Shown: in pieces, positions 8,878 to 20,060 of the stretch
Layout of the letters: each line of letters opens with the position of its first letter
How positions within the stretch are numbered: position 1 is the first letter of the stretch
Assembly: GCA_030167865.1 (NCBI GenBank)
Contig: JALAGF010002306.1
Coordinates: 1 to 64,000 of the forward strand
Origin: Craspedostauros australis
Taxonomy: Eukaryota
Length of the DNA stretch: 64,000 nucleotides
Direction of reading: 5' to 3'
Notes under the pieces: generated by a model
Seen by the model: the letters and a program-made list of their open reading frames with translations, nothing else
What the model was told of the DNA's origin: nothing
Database searches by the model: none
Made by a program: the position numbers and the translations under genes

Positions 8878-11403
8878 TCACCCGAAGACATGCACTTCGA
8901 TACAAAGATCGGACAGGATGTTCAGATCGGAAAGCCGCGCGAAGTCATTCACGTTGCAATTGGGCGCCCGCACGAAGCTCTGCAGTCCGCCGATGGGTTC
9001 GACCTGCGCGCGCAAAGCGCTGTCGATCGTGCCGGAAAACAGGCCCACGCAGATCTCCGGCGTTGTCGACACGAACGGCGCTTCGAGCACGAACAGATTC
9101 TCGCCGATATCGAACGTGGGGATCGGTTCCTGATGCACGATGGTTCCGGGGCCGTCCGCGATGGTTCCGTTCCATATCGTCACACTGAGATCGGCGGGCG
9201 GCGGGATGGATGTGCCCAGCCAGTACGTGATGGACTCGATGAAGAAGGGTGCCGACCCGCCTTGGTTCGTGACGTTGTAACAGTTGACCAGGTCGTTAGG
9301 ATTTCCCATTGATCCCGTTTCGTTGGTATCGGCGCATCCGAAGCCGCGTCCGTCGCCGGTGCAGATGCCGGGCGTATCGAGCAAGGAGAGGGTGGTGAAG
9401 AATGTGGTGGGGACTTCGGACGGCATGTCGGAAGGCTCATTGCTCGGTTCCATGCTTGCGGATGGCAAGCTGCTGGGGAGCACGCTGATGGATGGGAGGG
9501 AGCTGGGGAGCTGGCTCGGAAGCTGGCTGATGGTCGGTTGCTGGCTGGTGCTGGGCGCCAATGTTGGCACAGAGGAGGGTGTTGCGCTTGGTAGCGAACT
9601 CGGAGCAAGGCTCGGATAACTCGATGGTTCGACGCTTGGGGGTGCACTCGGATGGTTCGTGGGTGTGGAGCTTGGCACACTGGATGGCTGCTGCGTCGGA
9701 ATGGAACTCGGCAAATTCGATGGTGAAGACGACGGGATTACACTGGGCGATGCACTGGGTGAGTCGCTGGGCGATACGGTTGGTACACCGCTCGGTGTTG
9801 AACTTGGGTGGCTGGTTGGGACGGCACTCGGCGATTGTGAAGGTGATGTTGTTGGGACAGATGTCGGCAAGCCTGTTGGATCCATCGATGGTATTGTGCT
9901 GGGTATTGAACTCGGAGCCAGGCTTGGCTCTGTCGATGGCTGGTGACTTGGACTGCCACTTGGATGAGCACTCGGCGAGGAGCTTGGCGAATTGGATGGC
10001 TCTATTGAAGGCGACGCCGAAGGTCTGCTGGATGGCATCGATGTCGGTGTCGCACTGGGTGTCGAGCTTGGAGCCTCGCTTGGTTCCATTGATGGTTGGA
10101 GGCTTGGACTCGAGCTTGGATGGCTACTCGGCTCTGCACTCGGGGGCCTCGACGGCGACGTACTTGGTCGCTGACTCGGCTCCACCGATGGTTGATGACT
10201 TGGAGTCGAGCTTGGTTGGCTGCTTGGTTCGGCACTCGGGGAGCTTGACGGCGGCGTACTTGGTCGCTGACTCGGCTCCACTGATGGTTGATGACTTGGA
10301 CTCAAGCTTGGTTGGCTGCTTGGTTCGGCACTCGGTGAGTTGGACGGTGTTGTTGTGGGAGAGGCCGTCGGCATGCTGGTTGGCTGCGACGATGGTGACT
10401 CGCTGGGTATTGAACTTGGCGCCTGGCTTGGCTGCGTCGAGGGTTGTAAGCTTGGACTAGCACTTGGACGACTGCTTGGTGTGGTACTCGGGGATTCGGA
10501 CGGTCCTGCTGTTGGAGACGATGTTGGCATTGCGGTCGGTGCTGATGTCGGCGACTCGCTTGGCGATCTGCTCGGTATCTGGCTTGGCTGGGCACTCGGG
10601 TTGTCACTTGGCGTTGTGCTTGGCATTACACTTGGAGTCGCGCTTGGAATAGTGGAGGGTCTCGATGACGGTGATTGACTTGGCGTAGCGCTGGGTTGCG
10701 CGGAAGGTGAGACTGAAGGAATCACGGACGGTGCTGATGTCGGCGATACGCTTGGTGCTGTGCTCGGTGACTGGCTTGGTGAGCTTGATGGCATGCTGCT
10801 GATGGTGCTGGACACGAAGTCATTCCAGAAGGCGTCTTCGTCGATGTCAGCAGCATCGCCATCGGTTCCAGCCGGTGTTGCCGTACCCGCATTCGGCGTC
10901 GGTCGTGAAGTTGGAGAGGCAGTGGGCAAACTCGTGGGTGTGCTGTCGCTGCCGGCATTGTCGAACGAGAAGAACTTGGCCAGCCCGGCGCCCATTTGAT
11001 TGCTATTCGTGCCATCGTCGCCTGTATCATTCCCGCCTGTTTCATCGCTGTCGCTATCATCTGCATCGTTGTTGTCACCGCCGTTGGTGGTTCCGCTGTG
11101 CTGAAAGAATGCATCGAACCCAAACAGTACCCGATGATCAATACCTCTCGGTGTTTGGGGTAGTGATTGTCGCGATGTGCCGTTGGCTTGCCCATCAACT
11201 CCGTGAGATTGTGCTGTTGCCATTGACGAGGCAGTAGTATCGTGATCATGCTTGGTTGAGGATTGGCCATTGTGCAAGGGTGTTGTCGCAAGTGGGGTCT
11301 GCTCTGGCAACGAGGCACCGCCGACTTCGGAAGTCGCGGCCGCCAAGCCTGCGGACTGCAACAGCAACAGCGTCGAAAGTCCAACCGCCCGCCGCGTCGC
11401 CAT
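8878..11403 (-). CDS. Secreted mucin-like Pro/Ser/Thr-repeat (PSxxPSxx) protein with Cys-containing C-terminal globular domain
   Basis: ATG at 11403 followed by a signal peptide (MATRRAVGLSTLLLLQSAGLAAA). About 460 aa of 4-residue P-S/T-x-x repeats, then about 170 aa non-repetitive C-terminus with 6 Cys and several N-x-T sequons. Confidence 0.85.
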   Translation of the reverse strand: MATRRAVGLSTLLLLQSAGLAAATSEVGGASLPEQTPLATTPLHNGQSSTKHDHDTTASSMATAQSHGVDGQANGTSRQSLPQTPRGIDHRVLFGFDAFFQHSGTTNGGDNNDADDSDSDETGGNDTGDDGTNSNQMGAGLAKFFSFDNAGSDSTPTSLPTASPTSRPTPNAGTATPAGTDGDAADIDEDAFWNDFVSSTISSMPSSSPSQSPSTAPSVSPTSAPSVIPSVSPSAQPSATPSQSPSSRPSTIPSATPSVMPSTTPSDNPSAQPSQIPSRSPSESPTSAPTAMPTSSPTAGPSESPSTTPSSRPSASPSLQPSTQPSQAPSSIPSESPSSQPTSMPTASPTTTPSNSPSAEPSSQPSLSPSHQPSVEPSQRPSTPPSSSPSAEPSSQPSSTPSHQPSVEPSQRPSTSPSRPPSAEPSSHPSSSPSLQPSMEPSEAPSSTPSATPTSMPSSRPSASPSIEPSNSPSSSPSAHPSGSPSHQPSTEPSLAPSSIPSTIPSMDPTGLPTSVPTTSPSQSPSAVPTSHPSSTPSGVPTVSPSDSPSASPSVIPSSSPSNLPSSIPTQQPSSVPSSTPTNHPSAPPSVEPSSYPSLAPSSLPSATPSSVPTLAPSTSQQPTISQLPSQLPSSLPSISVLPSSLPSASMEPSNEPSDMPSEVPTTFFTTLSLLDTPGICTGDGRGFGCADTNETGSMGNPNDLVNCYNVTNQGGSAPFFIESITYWLGTSIPPPADLSVTIWNGTIADGPGTIVHQEPIPTFDIGENLFVLEAPFVSTTPEICVGLFSGTIDSALRAQVEPIGGLQSFVRAPNCNVNDFARLSDLNILSDLCIEVHVFG
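9410..10795. repeat. Coding 12-bp-period degenerate tandem array (PSxx units) with a 96-bp higher-order duplication
   Basis: cttgg/ctcgg recurs every 12 nt. cgtacttggtcgctgactcggctcca occurs at 10159 and again at 10255 (period 96 bp). Array boundaries are approximate. Confidence 0.9.
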
Positions 11404-12530
11404 CGTCCCTTTCCAACCTCCGCTTGATGCAGTGTGGTGTTCTGTTGTGGTGTGTTGCGATATGGTGCGATGCAATGCGCTGTGCCGGTATGACGCATAT
11501 AGATCATTCAAGTCGACAGTGGCTATGCGTCGGTATTGACGATGTCGCACGTAGCGTGACTGTTTGGTTGATGGGGAATGATGATGATGATGATGATGGA
11601 GAGGAGAAGGAAGACAGATGGGGGTGGCGTTGATGACGATGTTCGCAGGTTGATGGATGCAGCAAGAGTTGTTGGCTTCTTCGTATCACTGCTACTTCTG
11701 TGACGCTGCCTATCGACGATGATGCGAATGGTGTTCAAGGGATGATGGCTGAACAAACACCAATCCTGGATGAATCGCTATATTTTGCTCTACTTTGTCC
11801 TTAGTGATGTTGTTGTTGTTGACGGTGAAGCTCGTCAATGCGGAGATTTGACTCACAACATGTTGCGTCTGGAGAGGCGAGGAGATGGCGATCAGTGGAC
11901 ATGGGATGGCGTGGCCACTCACACATTTGGCGACAGACACACACGAAGCGGAGCGCGCAACGTTTATTTCAGCTTACAAGCCAATGTACCAAATAAATCG
12001 AATCGTTGCAGTGCCGTTTTTCGTATGATTACTTACGTACTGTATCGATTTGACGTTATTTGACGTTATTATCCAATAGTTCGATTTCTAGTCGTGAAAC
12101 ATGCGTAGACTACGAAGCGTTCTGTTCTAGACCTTGGTTCGCCATTTTTGCGTTTTTGTGCACTTCCGTTTTGTTGGTGTGCGCTGTGCCAACAGACCAC
12201 AGGCAAAAGCATCACAACCCCTTGACAGAAACATGGTGTCTTCTTCCCACCAACACCAACACCAACACGTCGCACGAATAAACCAAGAAGCCAGACTCAA
12301 CAAGAACTGCGTTACGACTGCTGCGCGGGTACGGGGATTCCATGCCACAGAGCATCACAGATCAGGCCCGCCTTCACAAAAGCACGGGACGCAGCAAGGA
12401 TACAAGCAGAGCAGACCAGAGTCGAGCACGATCTCTACTCGTCTCCCTTCTTCCGTGTCTTCCAATGGTTTACTCCCACCAACAGCAACAAACCACAAGA
12501 TCCATCAAATCCAACACCACCAACAGCATC

Positions 12531-12956
12531 ATGTCGACGACAGGACAAGAACACGTGATGGCATGCGACCATGCCGCCGCAACTGCGATACATCGCGTCA
12601 CCCTCTTCAGCACGCCTCCGAAGATGCGAGGAGAATGCGATACATCGAGCGCATATTGGAGACGGACTCTCGCGATCGGCTCCGTGCTGATCTGCGCCGC
12701 CTTCATGGTATGGAAGATGAGGCTGTGCCTATCACCTGATGTTCACATCCAAGGACCATGGATTCGGCATGTCCAACGCAAGCGGAAGCGTGAAACGAGA
12801 CGGCTGCTGCGGGGGACGCAGACGTTGGTAGAGAATGGGCTGGATGCCGTTGTCTTTGATGCCGCTGCTGACATTGCAGCAGCTGTGGAGCCAATGCAAC
12901 AACACCAACAGCAGCAGACGCAGGCGCAGACGCAGACGCAGTCGGACCAGCGGTGA
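12531..12956 (+). CDS. Possible small single-TM hypothetical protein
   Basis: ATG at 12531 after a CA-rich leader. Hydrophobic segment TLAIGSVLICAAFMVW, then basic RKRKRETRR and a Gln-rich tail. No family recognised. Confidence 0.4.
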   Translation: MSTTGQEHVMACDHAAATAIHRVTLFSTPPKMRGECDTSSAYWRRTLAIGSVLICAAFMVWKMRLCLSPDVHIQGPWIRHVQRKRKRETRRLLRGTQTLVENGLDAVVFDAAADIAAAVEPMQQHQQQQTQAQTQTQSDQR

Positions 12957-13267
12957 TGTACAAGCATCCAAGACGGTGTGACATTCATTCAACGCCTTCC
13001 CATCGCAATCGCAATCACCACAGCAAGAGCACAAGGGCAATCACATCCACGATGGCTTCACAGTGCTGCCATGCCAGGTGAGGTCGGTGCCGAACCAGCT
13101 CGCCGACCTCTCGTATGATGCCCGGCACATCGACCACTGAAAGCTCAGTGACTCCGGCAAGTACGGGATGGTATGTAAATACGTTCAACTACTATAATCC
13201 TAGGAAACATCACATTTCGATATCGCACTACGTATATGTGGTGCTTGGCTTTGTGCATTGACTATGT

Positions 13268-16200
13268 TCACTGTCGCAGAGGTGAAACCGGCTTTTGCGT
13301 GTCGTTGTCGACGTAATCCTCGTCGGTCTCATCATTGCCGTCGTTGGAATCCTCGGATCCGCTCGCGGCGTCCATATCGTACGATGATGCGGAGACGACG
13401 GAGGCCCCGGACTCCTTGTTGGGATCGTACGGATCCAATGGGATATCCTTATCCTTGTGGCGCAGCAGATCTTCCTCGACGCCGACCGTTTTTTGTGGCA
13501 CGGCAGCATCTGCGGCTTGAGCACCCGCAGCAGCATCGCTGGATGTCACTGGCGGCGTTGGAATCGCAGTGGCACTGCTGGTGCCTTCCTTCGCGGCGTC
13601 CGATACCTTCAGTTCCTCGGACTTGGCGCGCACGCGGTCCACCGTCGATTCCAGCTCGCCCTTGGTGCTCCAGATCATCAGGTACTTGCGCTCGGTCGGG
13701 CATCGGCACATGAAGTGGCTGTGCCTCAGGCAGCTGACCTTGGACTGGCTGCACTCGCAGGCGACGGCGGAGAAGAAGCAGACGTGCTTGCAGGCGTGGC
13801 ACAGACGCTTGTCGTCGTAGTCCGCGCTCTCCTCGTCCAGCTGATCGAGCCGATTTGCCGGCAGCTCGATGAGGTCGGACACATCGCGGACGCCCACCTT
13901 GACGAGCTTGTCGCGCAGTTCCAGCTCTTCCTTGACCATGCGCTCTAGCTCCGCCAGCAGCAGCTTGCAGGTCGAGTGGGCCTTCTGATGGTCCAGATGC
14001 TGCGCCATCGTCAGCGTCAGACGGTCGTGCGAGAAGACGGCAGGCCGTGCGAACGAGCGGTACCGTTCGTTGGCATCTGCTCCGAGTGCGATCCAATCGT
14101 GCGTGGCGAAGTTCACGGCCTCGCCGATGTTGGGTCCGAGGCTGAAGCCACCGTGGAACGACCGGGGGAATGTCACAACGTATTCTCCGGGATACTGGAG
14201 GAGCTTGTAGACCGGCACGTCCGCGTTTTGCAACAGCCTTGGGCTGAACATCGTGGTGATGTGGTGCAGCAAGTCAGGAACGTCCCTCATCTTCATGGAG
14301 AGGTAGTTCTTGAACACCTTCTCCAGTCCCTCGGCGTGCTCCTTGCTCCCCGAGACGCCGTACCACTGCTTCGGCGCGCCCTTGTGGTGGTAGTTGATGC
14401 TGTACAGGTAGTTGTCCTCGTTGTGCCAGCAGAAGGTGGTGAAGAGGGAACCGTAGTACATCCACGGCACGTTGATCCCGTTGATGCCTACCTTCACGTT
14501 GCGGAGGACGCTGTCCGGAGCCCAGGGCATGTTGTTCAGGTTCCACCAGGTCTCCTTGTAGTAGTCTTCGGATCCGAACTTGGGCTCCGGGAGCTTGGTC
14601 TTCTCCTCGTCCTTCTTCCCAAGAACGCTGCGGCCTCTCTCGGACAGAGGGAAGCCAGATCCGAACCTGTCGGTGTCCACATCGTTCCCGTACTCGACGG
14701 ACACCTCTCGGTTGCGAGTCTCAACGATATCCCAATAGTCCCGCTCGAGGTTCTCCGGCGTGAATCTGAGATCTGGGTAGAACTTCTCCTTGTACGCTTT
14801 GGCAAACTTGGAGGCGTACTCCTGGTACTCGGCAGGGTTGTACTCGCCACCATCACCGAAGCTGACGCCCTCTTGCAGCCTGTGAAGTTTCTGATCCTTG
14901 GTGGAAAAGCGTTGGTTGATGTCTAGCTTTGCGGCTGTTGTTCGTGTAATATCAAGCGTTGTAGAGTAGAGTAGAGTAGAGTAGCGTCGTGTATGGCCCC
15001 ATACCGTATAGTTGCAGAGGCGGTAGATGCAACAGTTGCACGTAGTGCATGATCGCACAGTTGGATACAATCATGCGTGCATACATCGAGTACATCCATT
15101 CATTGAATGCATTGGGAGTGGTTGGTTGGTGTTGATTGTTTCCGTTGAGTTTGTTGGTGAAGGCGAATGGCCGCGTGAGGTTGAAGTTGTTGTGACGAAG
15201 TTAGACGTGAGGATTGGTCATGATGAAGGTTGTCATCATCGCCATAGTCGTCATGGGACATCATTAGAGATCGCAATAGTGTTGTAGCCGTAAGAGTAGC
15301 AAGAGTTCGATATTGGATGAAGAGAGAGAGAGAGAGACAGAGGAGGGATGGTGGCAGTGAAGGGCGGTGGTTAGCTTGAGTTCCGTTTGGCGCTGTTGTT
15401 CTCTTGGAGCAGATGGAGGCAATCGACGCTTGTAGAAATCCTACTGGCATCTACACAGGAGGAAGATGCCAGATTTCGCCTCAGGCGCACGCCACGAATC
15501 TGATCATGATTGACCATGGCGACGCGCGCTCTAGTTTGCGTCGAACGGCTGGTTGGGAGCGTCATCTCGTTGCTTCTCTCGTTGATGTTGTGATCGTAGT
15601 CGCTGGGTGTGTTCGAGGATGCTGTGTAGTGTTGTGTAGTGTTGTGCTTTCTGTTTGTTGGTTTACGTTCGGATGGAATTTCCCAAGTCCTCCTGACAAC
15701 AACAAACTTTTTCTCAACATGACGCATCCTCTGCTCACGCACGCGCCACACCACCACCCCCATGAACCGGCGACAAGATAGGCAACCCCACCCAACCCAG
15801 CTCGACCAAGTCTAACCCAGGTCCTAAAGTTGCTTTCATCAGTGCTTCGTTAGAAGAACACAATGGCGCTAACTAGGGATACCAAAGGGACTTGAAACGA
15901 GTGTCTGCTGGGTGGCAGGAGCAGATAGTCGTCAAGGCTGCTGCGCTGATCGTGACATGAAACGATTCTCTGATGCTGAGGTTGACACCACGCAAGAGTT
16001 TCGCATCGACATCCAATTGCCTTCATCTCTCGTGTGTCATGAGAGACTGCCATCCATCATCCATCCTCATCACCAACAGCTGTCATCATCATCGTCACCA
16101 TCACTACCACAAGCATCACAAACACGAAGCAAATTTGTCACTTACAAAATGGCGGGCTCCATCCATCCGGTGGGACGATCTTACAGATTCCATAACGTTG

Positions 16201-16440
16201 AGCGATGGGCCTAATCTTCTCCACAAAGTGCAATGGGTTGCCCTCCATCTCTTCGATGGTGGGGTAGAAGGTAGGAGCCCATGGCACATCGAGTTTGCCG
16301 TCCTTTGGCCGCGCGCGGTCGAGTTTGGAATTTTGGATGGCCTGGTGTAGAAGCCGCTCCTCTGATGCGGTGGGGTTATGGAAGTTGAGATGAGGACGTC
16401 GGCGACGGCGTTTGGATGCGCGGCGGTTGATAGTGGACAT
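13268..16440 (-). CDS. KDM5/JARID1-like JmjN-JmjC-zf-C5HC2 histone demethylase (two exons)
   Basis: Exon 1 16440..16146 encodes JmjN (APTFYPTIEEM..PLHFVEKIRPIAQRYGICKIVPP) and is followed by donor GTAAGT. Acceptor CAG gives exon 2 14934..13268 in matching phase (a TAG about 12 nt downstream is also in phase). JmjC: EYGND, WNLNNMP, PWMY.GS, FCWHNED, FPRSFHGG, EAVNFA. Zinc finger: CHACKHVCFFSAVACEC...CLRH...CRC. Confidence 0.92.
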
Positions 16441-17578
16441 GCTGTTGGTGTAGTGTGCTGTGGTTATACTTGTAGAGTTGTTGCTAGGGGCTAATAATGA
16501 CACAATTGGATCCCTGGCAGGGCGAAGATGGTGTTGTTGCGGATGCGAGGCTGTGTGTTGTGTGTGTTATGTGTGTGTTGATGTTGTTGTGGGCTCCTCC
16601 GCTCTACTCGCGTCTTCCTCTATCCCTGGGCACGGGCGGAGCTATGGAAACAACAGGAATGAATACGGATAGAGACCAACAGCGATTCTCCCTCTTTTGT
16701 CCTCCTCTCGTGCTCTCTTGGGTGTTGTTGGCGTCAATCGGTGTTCGTGATTTCTGGCGAGGGTGGATCATCACCCAAGTGTGGAGAAAGGTGTGTGTTA
16801 GAAGCGTAGTCGAGTAGTGGTTGTAGCAACGCTCCACAAAACCTTTGACGTGCGTTCGCCACGCGGCTATGCACCACACATCCTACGATTAACTACGCCC
16901 ACAAACCAGCGAAAGACCAACCAAATCGTTTTCTCATTTCGCCCAAGTCACTTAGCCACAGAGCCGCTTTCTTCACAAACGAAACAGGTGGTGGGAGACA
17001 TCAGCGCAGCGCTGTGACTGCAGTTCGTGTTCGTGTCGGTTGGCCCTGCGTGTGTCCTTTGCGTGGTGTAGCGGAGCGTTTTGTTCTCGTTTGTGCGGTA
17101 CAAAAAAGTCGCACCACTCAAAGCAGATGTCGGAGGAAAATATCGTCATGCCCACATTTAACGCACATGTGGTCCCTCGTCATCCGACCAGTTGACTCAC
17201 TCGAGCTCTGAGAAAGTGGAATAGGTCTTGCTGTATGGTCGGAAAGAGAACGGGAGTGCGTATAATTACGAAGAAGCAATTTACAAAGCGCTTGTTTGCA
17301 CACACCATCGTGGTTCGCAAACCCTCCACGATTTTCTGTGTTACTCGTGTGTGTTCGTTGTGCCTCCGACAGACACACCTGCACACTTCCTCAACGCTGC
17401 TTCCTTCGACACGTCTCAGTTTGTCATTGTTCATGGTGAGCTTTGATTACGACTTGCTTACAATACCCACACATCACGGAACTCATTCACAGGACTTGAC
17501 GAGATTTGAAGACTATTGATCGACTGATCGATCAATCTCTTTGACAAGGCCGCCACAATTCTCTCCCAATAGAGCACG

Positions 17579-19629
17579 ATGGGAAACTCGACCAGCACCG
17601 GATCCAATGGGGCCTTGAGTCAGGAGCAGAAGGACATCAAGTACCTGGGCGATCGCGTTCCGTTCGGAGACGCGGAACTCATCCATGTCTACAGAGCCTA
17701 CCAGAGTCTTCAGGAAAAGACGCCGAAGGACCGTGTGTCCTTTCTCACGGACATGGGAGTGGCGACGGCGTCGTTGAACTCGTCGGATGCAGCTGAGGAA
17801 CGAATGATGTTGTTGCAAGCTGCGGAGCACAAGATTCTGCCTCCGGACTTCGGCAACACTCTGTACAGGAAGTGCTTGCTGAGGTCGCAAGATCGCTCCT
17901 CCTACGATCAACCAAGTAGCAACGGCCATGGTAATCCAGCTTCGACTTCAACAACAACAACAGCAACAACAACGGCAGCCCCAGTGGATGAATACAGCCG
18001 AGTGGCAAGATTAGAGACATTCTTTGATGGCATTGCCAAGTGCGGACGGCGAGGCAACAAGGCCGTTTTGGAGGTTCTCATGGAATGCTGCCAACCGCAG
18101 GAGGCTCCGCCGGAATCCGCTCAATCGTCGTTATTTATGTCTCCAGTGTCAACAACAACAACAGCAGCATCGCACAAGAAATCGATCTACGTGGATCCGT
18201 ATGAGCTCGTGAACATGGGGCATCGGATAGGATTGGCGACGGCCTTCTTGAAAGCAGCCGAAGAGGATGACGATATGGGCATGTTCATTCCGCCCAAGCA
18301 GGAAGGCAAGGACAGCGACTTGCTGGCGCTGGCGAAGTCCTTGCAGCGATGCGCCAGCAGTCGGCGCTACAACACGCAACTCATGGAGTTTGTCAGCAAA
18401 GAGGATGTGCTGGAATGGTCCGAGATGGTGGCACCGATGTTCGCATCGACGTTGTCGACCTTCTTCTTCTCGTTGCTGTTTCCTGGGAGATCGGCACCAC
18501 CCTCACGATCGAGCTTTGATTATCCCAAGATCCCCGCCGAGAGCACGTTCTTTCGAACACCCAGCTCGCCGTTGCTCTTTTCATTTGGCTGCATGTCGGT
18601 GTCCTTGGGTGGAGAGGTACGTGCGTGCATGTGGGACAGAAGTTGAGTTATTGACAGCACCGCATTTTTTTTGAGAAGGTGGCACCATGCCATGCAGTCT
18701 GAGAGAAGTGCTGGGTTGCTATCTCATCAATGGTCGCGCGTAGATCTACCCTGCTCCGCTTCGCCCGCCCTGGTCTACTCTGCTCTGTTCTTTTCATCAA
18801 CTCATCCATGCCAGGAACCACTCACACGTCCAATCTTACCTCCCACTTCTCAACGGATGACCGCGGCTTCAACAATAACCACGACTGCAACTGCAACAAC
18901 AACCACCATGACACACAGTTCTACCGGCTGTACACATCAGCCGCAGATGGATTATCCTTCAATAGACTGCAAAACTCGTTGCTGGGATACGGCGGTCCCA
19001 CGTTGATCATCATCCAAAGCGGCGACTGTATCTTTGGCGCATTCACAGCATCACCGTGGAAGGAATCCAAGGACTTTTACGGCAACTCCGACTGCTTCCT
19101 CTACCAGGCCGTGCCCACCATGGCGGTTTACCGACCAACGATCAGCAACTCCAACTTCATGTATTGCAACTCGCACGCCCGATCGAAGGGATACGACCAG
19201 CAGGCACACGGCATTGGATTCGGCGGCACCACGGATCAACCACGCTTGTTCATCGCCGAGACCTTTGACGATTGCCGCGCATCGAATCGCGATCTCACCT
19301 TCGACAACGGATCCCTGCTGTCCGCCACATTCGAGACGGACCATTTCGAAATCGACAACCTCGAGGTGTGGGGCGTCGGCGGGACGGACGTCGTGCAGGA
19401 AGCATTGGGCGCACGCGATCGGCAGCGCGATATCCGCGCCTCCAATATTCGCAAGGCGAGGAAGGTGGACAAGGCGGCCTTCTTGGATGATCTGCGATCC
19501 GGGTTGATTGAGAGCAAGGCATTTGCGCATCGTGAGCAGATCCGTGGTCGAGACGACGTTTGCATCGATCCCGACGATGACAAGAATTATCTGCATCCCA
19601 ACGAGAAGAAGTCGGGGAGTGATTGGTGA
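17579..19629 (+). CDS. TLDc-domain protein with N-myristoylation motif (MEAK7/TLDC1/Rtc5-like), two exons
   Basis: Exon 1 17579..18616 starts MGNSTS. Intron 18617..18918 (GTACGT...CACAG, phase 0). Exon 2 has TLDc motifs LYTSAADGLSFNRL, GYGGPTLIII, IFGAF..SPW, FYGNSDCFLY, GIGFGG, LEVWGVGG. Confidence 0.9.
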
Positions 19630-19768
19630 AGATACTATATTGCGTTGCAAAAGCACGGCTTGTCAACAGTGCGGACAAAACAAGAAGCGGCTGCATTCGA
19701 CGAAGATGGATTTACAATGCAAATCTGATAGCAGTTGAAACGACCAAATGGGCAGGATCAACCCAAGC

Positions 19769-19778
19769 GATTGATTGG

Positions 19779-19817
<39 letters not shown>
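19769..19817. repeat. (GATT)n microsatellite
   Basis: About 12 GATT units with one ggtt variant, in the convergent 3' gap between the TLDc and SDR genes. Confidence 0.95.
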
Positions 19818-19818
<1 letters not shown>

Positions 19819-20060
19819 CTGGGCATGGTGTCGTCGTGGATGTTTGAACGATCCATCGTTCAATGAACATGCGGCTGTCATTATGGAGAGCACTACATTG
19901 TACGTACGAGTACTACTAGTATGCTCTCAAATTGGTTGTACTCTCTACACCATAGACACTATTCTATGAACAAACTGAATCACCATGGCACCAACTATTA
20001 CAGACAGCTATACCTACATTATTGCAAGTATATGTGGTGTGTGTCACCGTTATTCCCTGC

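Noticed and set aside
9410..10795. Regular repeats considered as a CRISPR-like array
   Set aside because: No unique spacers; it is an in-frame coding tetrapeptide repeat in a eukaryotic gene.
12954..13119. TGA followed by TGT and about 50 more open codons (possible selenocysteine or readthrough)
   Set aside because: No redox-motif context or recognisable SECIS, and the upstream ORF is itself uncertain.
6785..18918. Two inferred introns (6785-7086 and 18617-18918) are both 302 bp
   Set aside because: No visible sequence similarity between them, so not evidence of introner elements; treated as coincidence.
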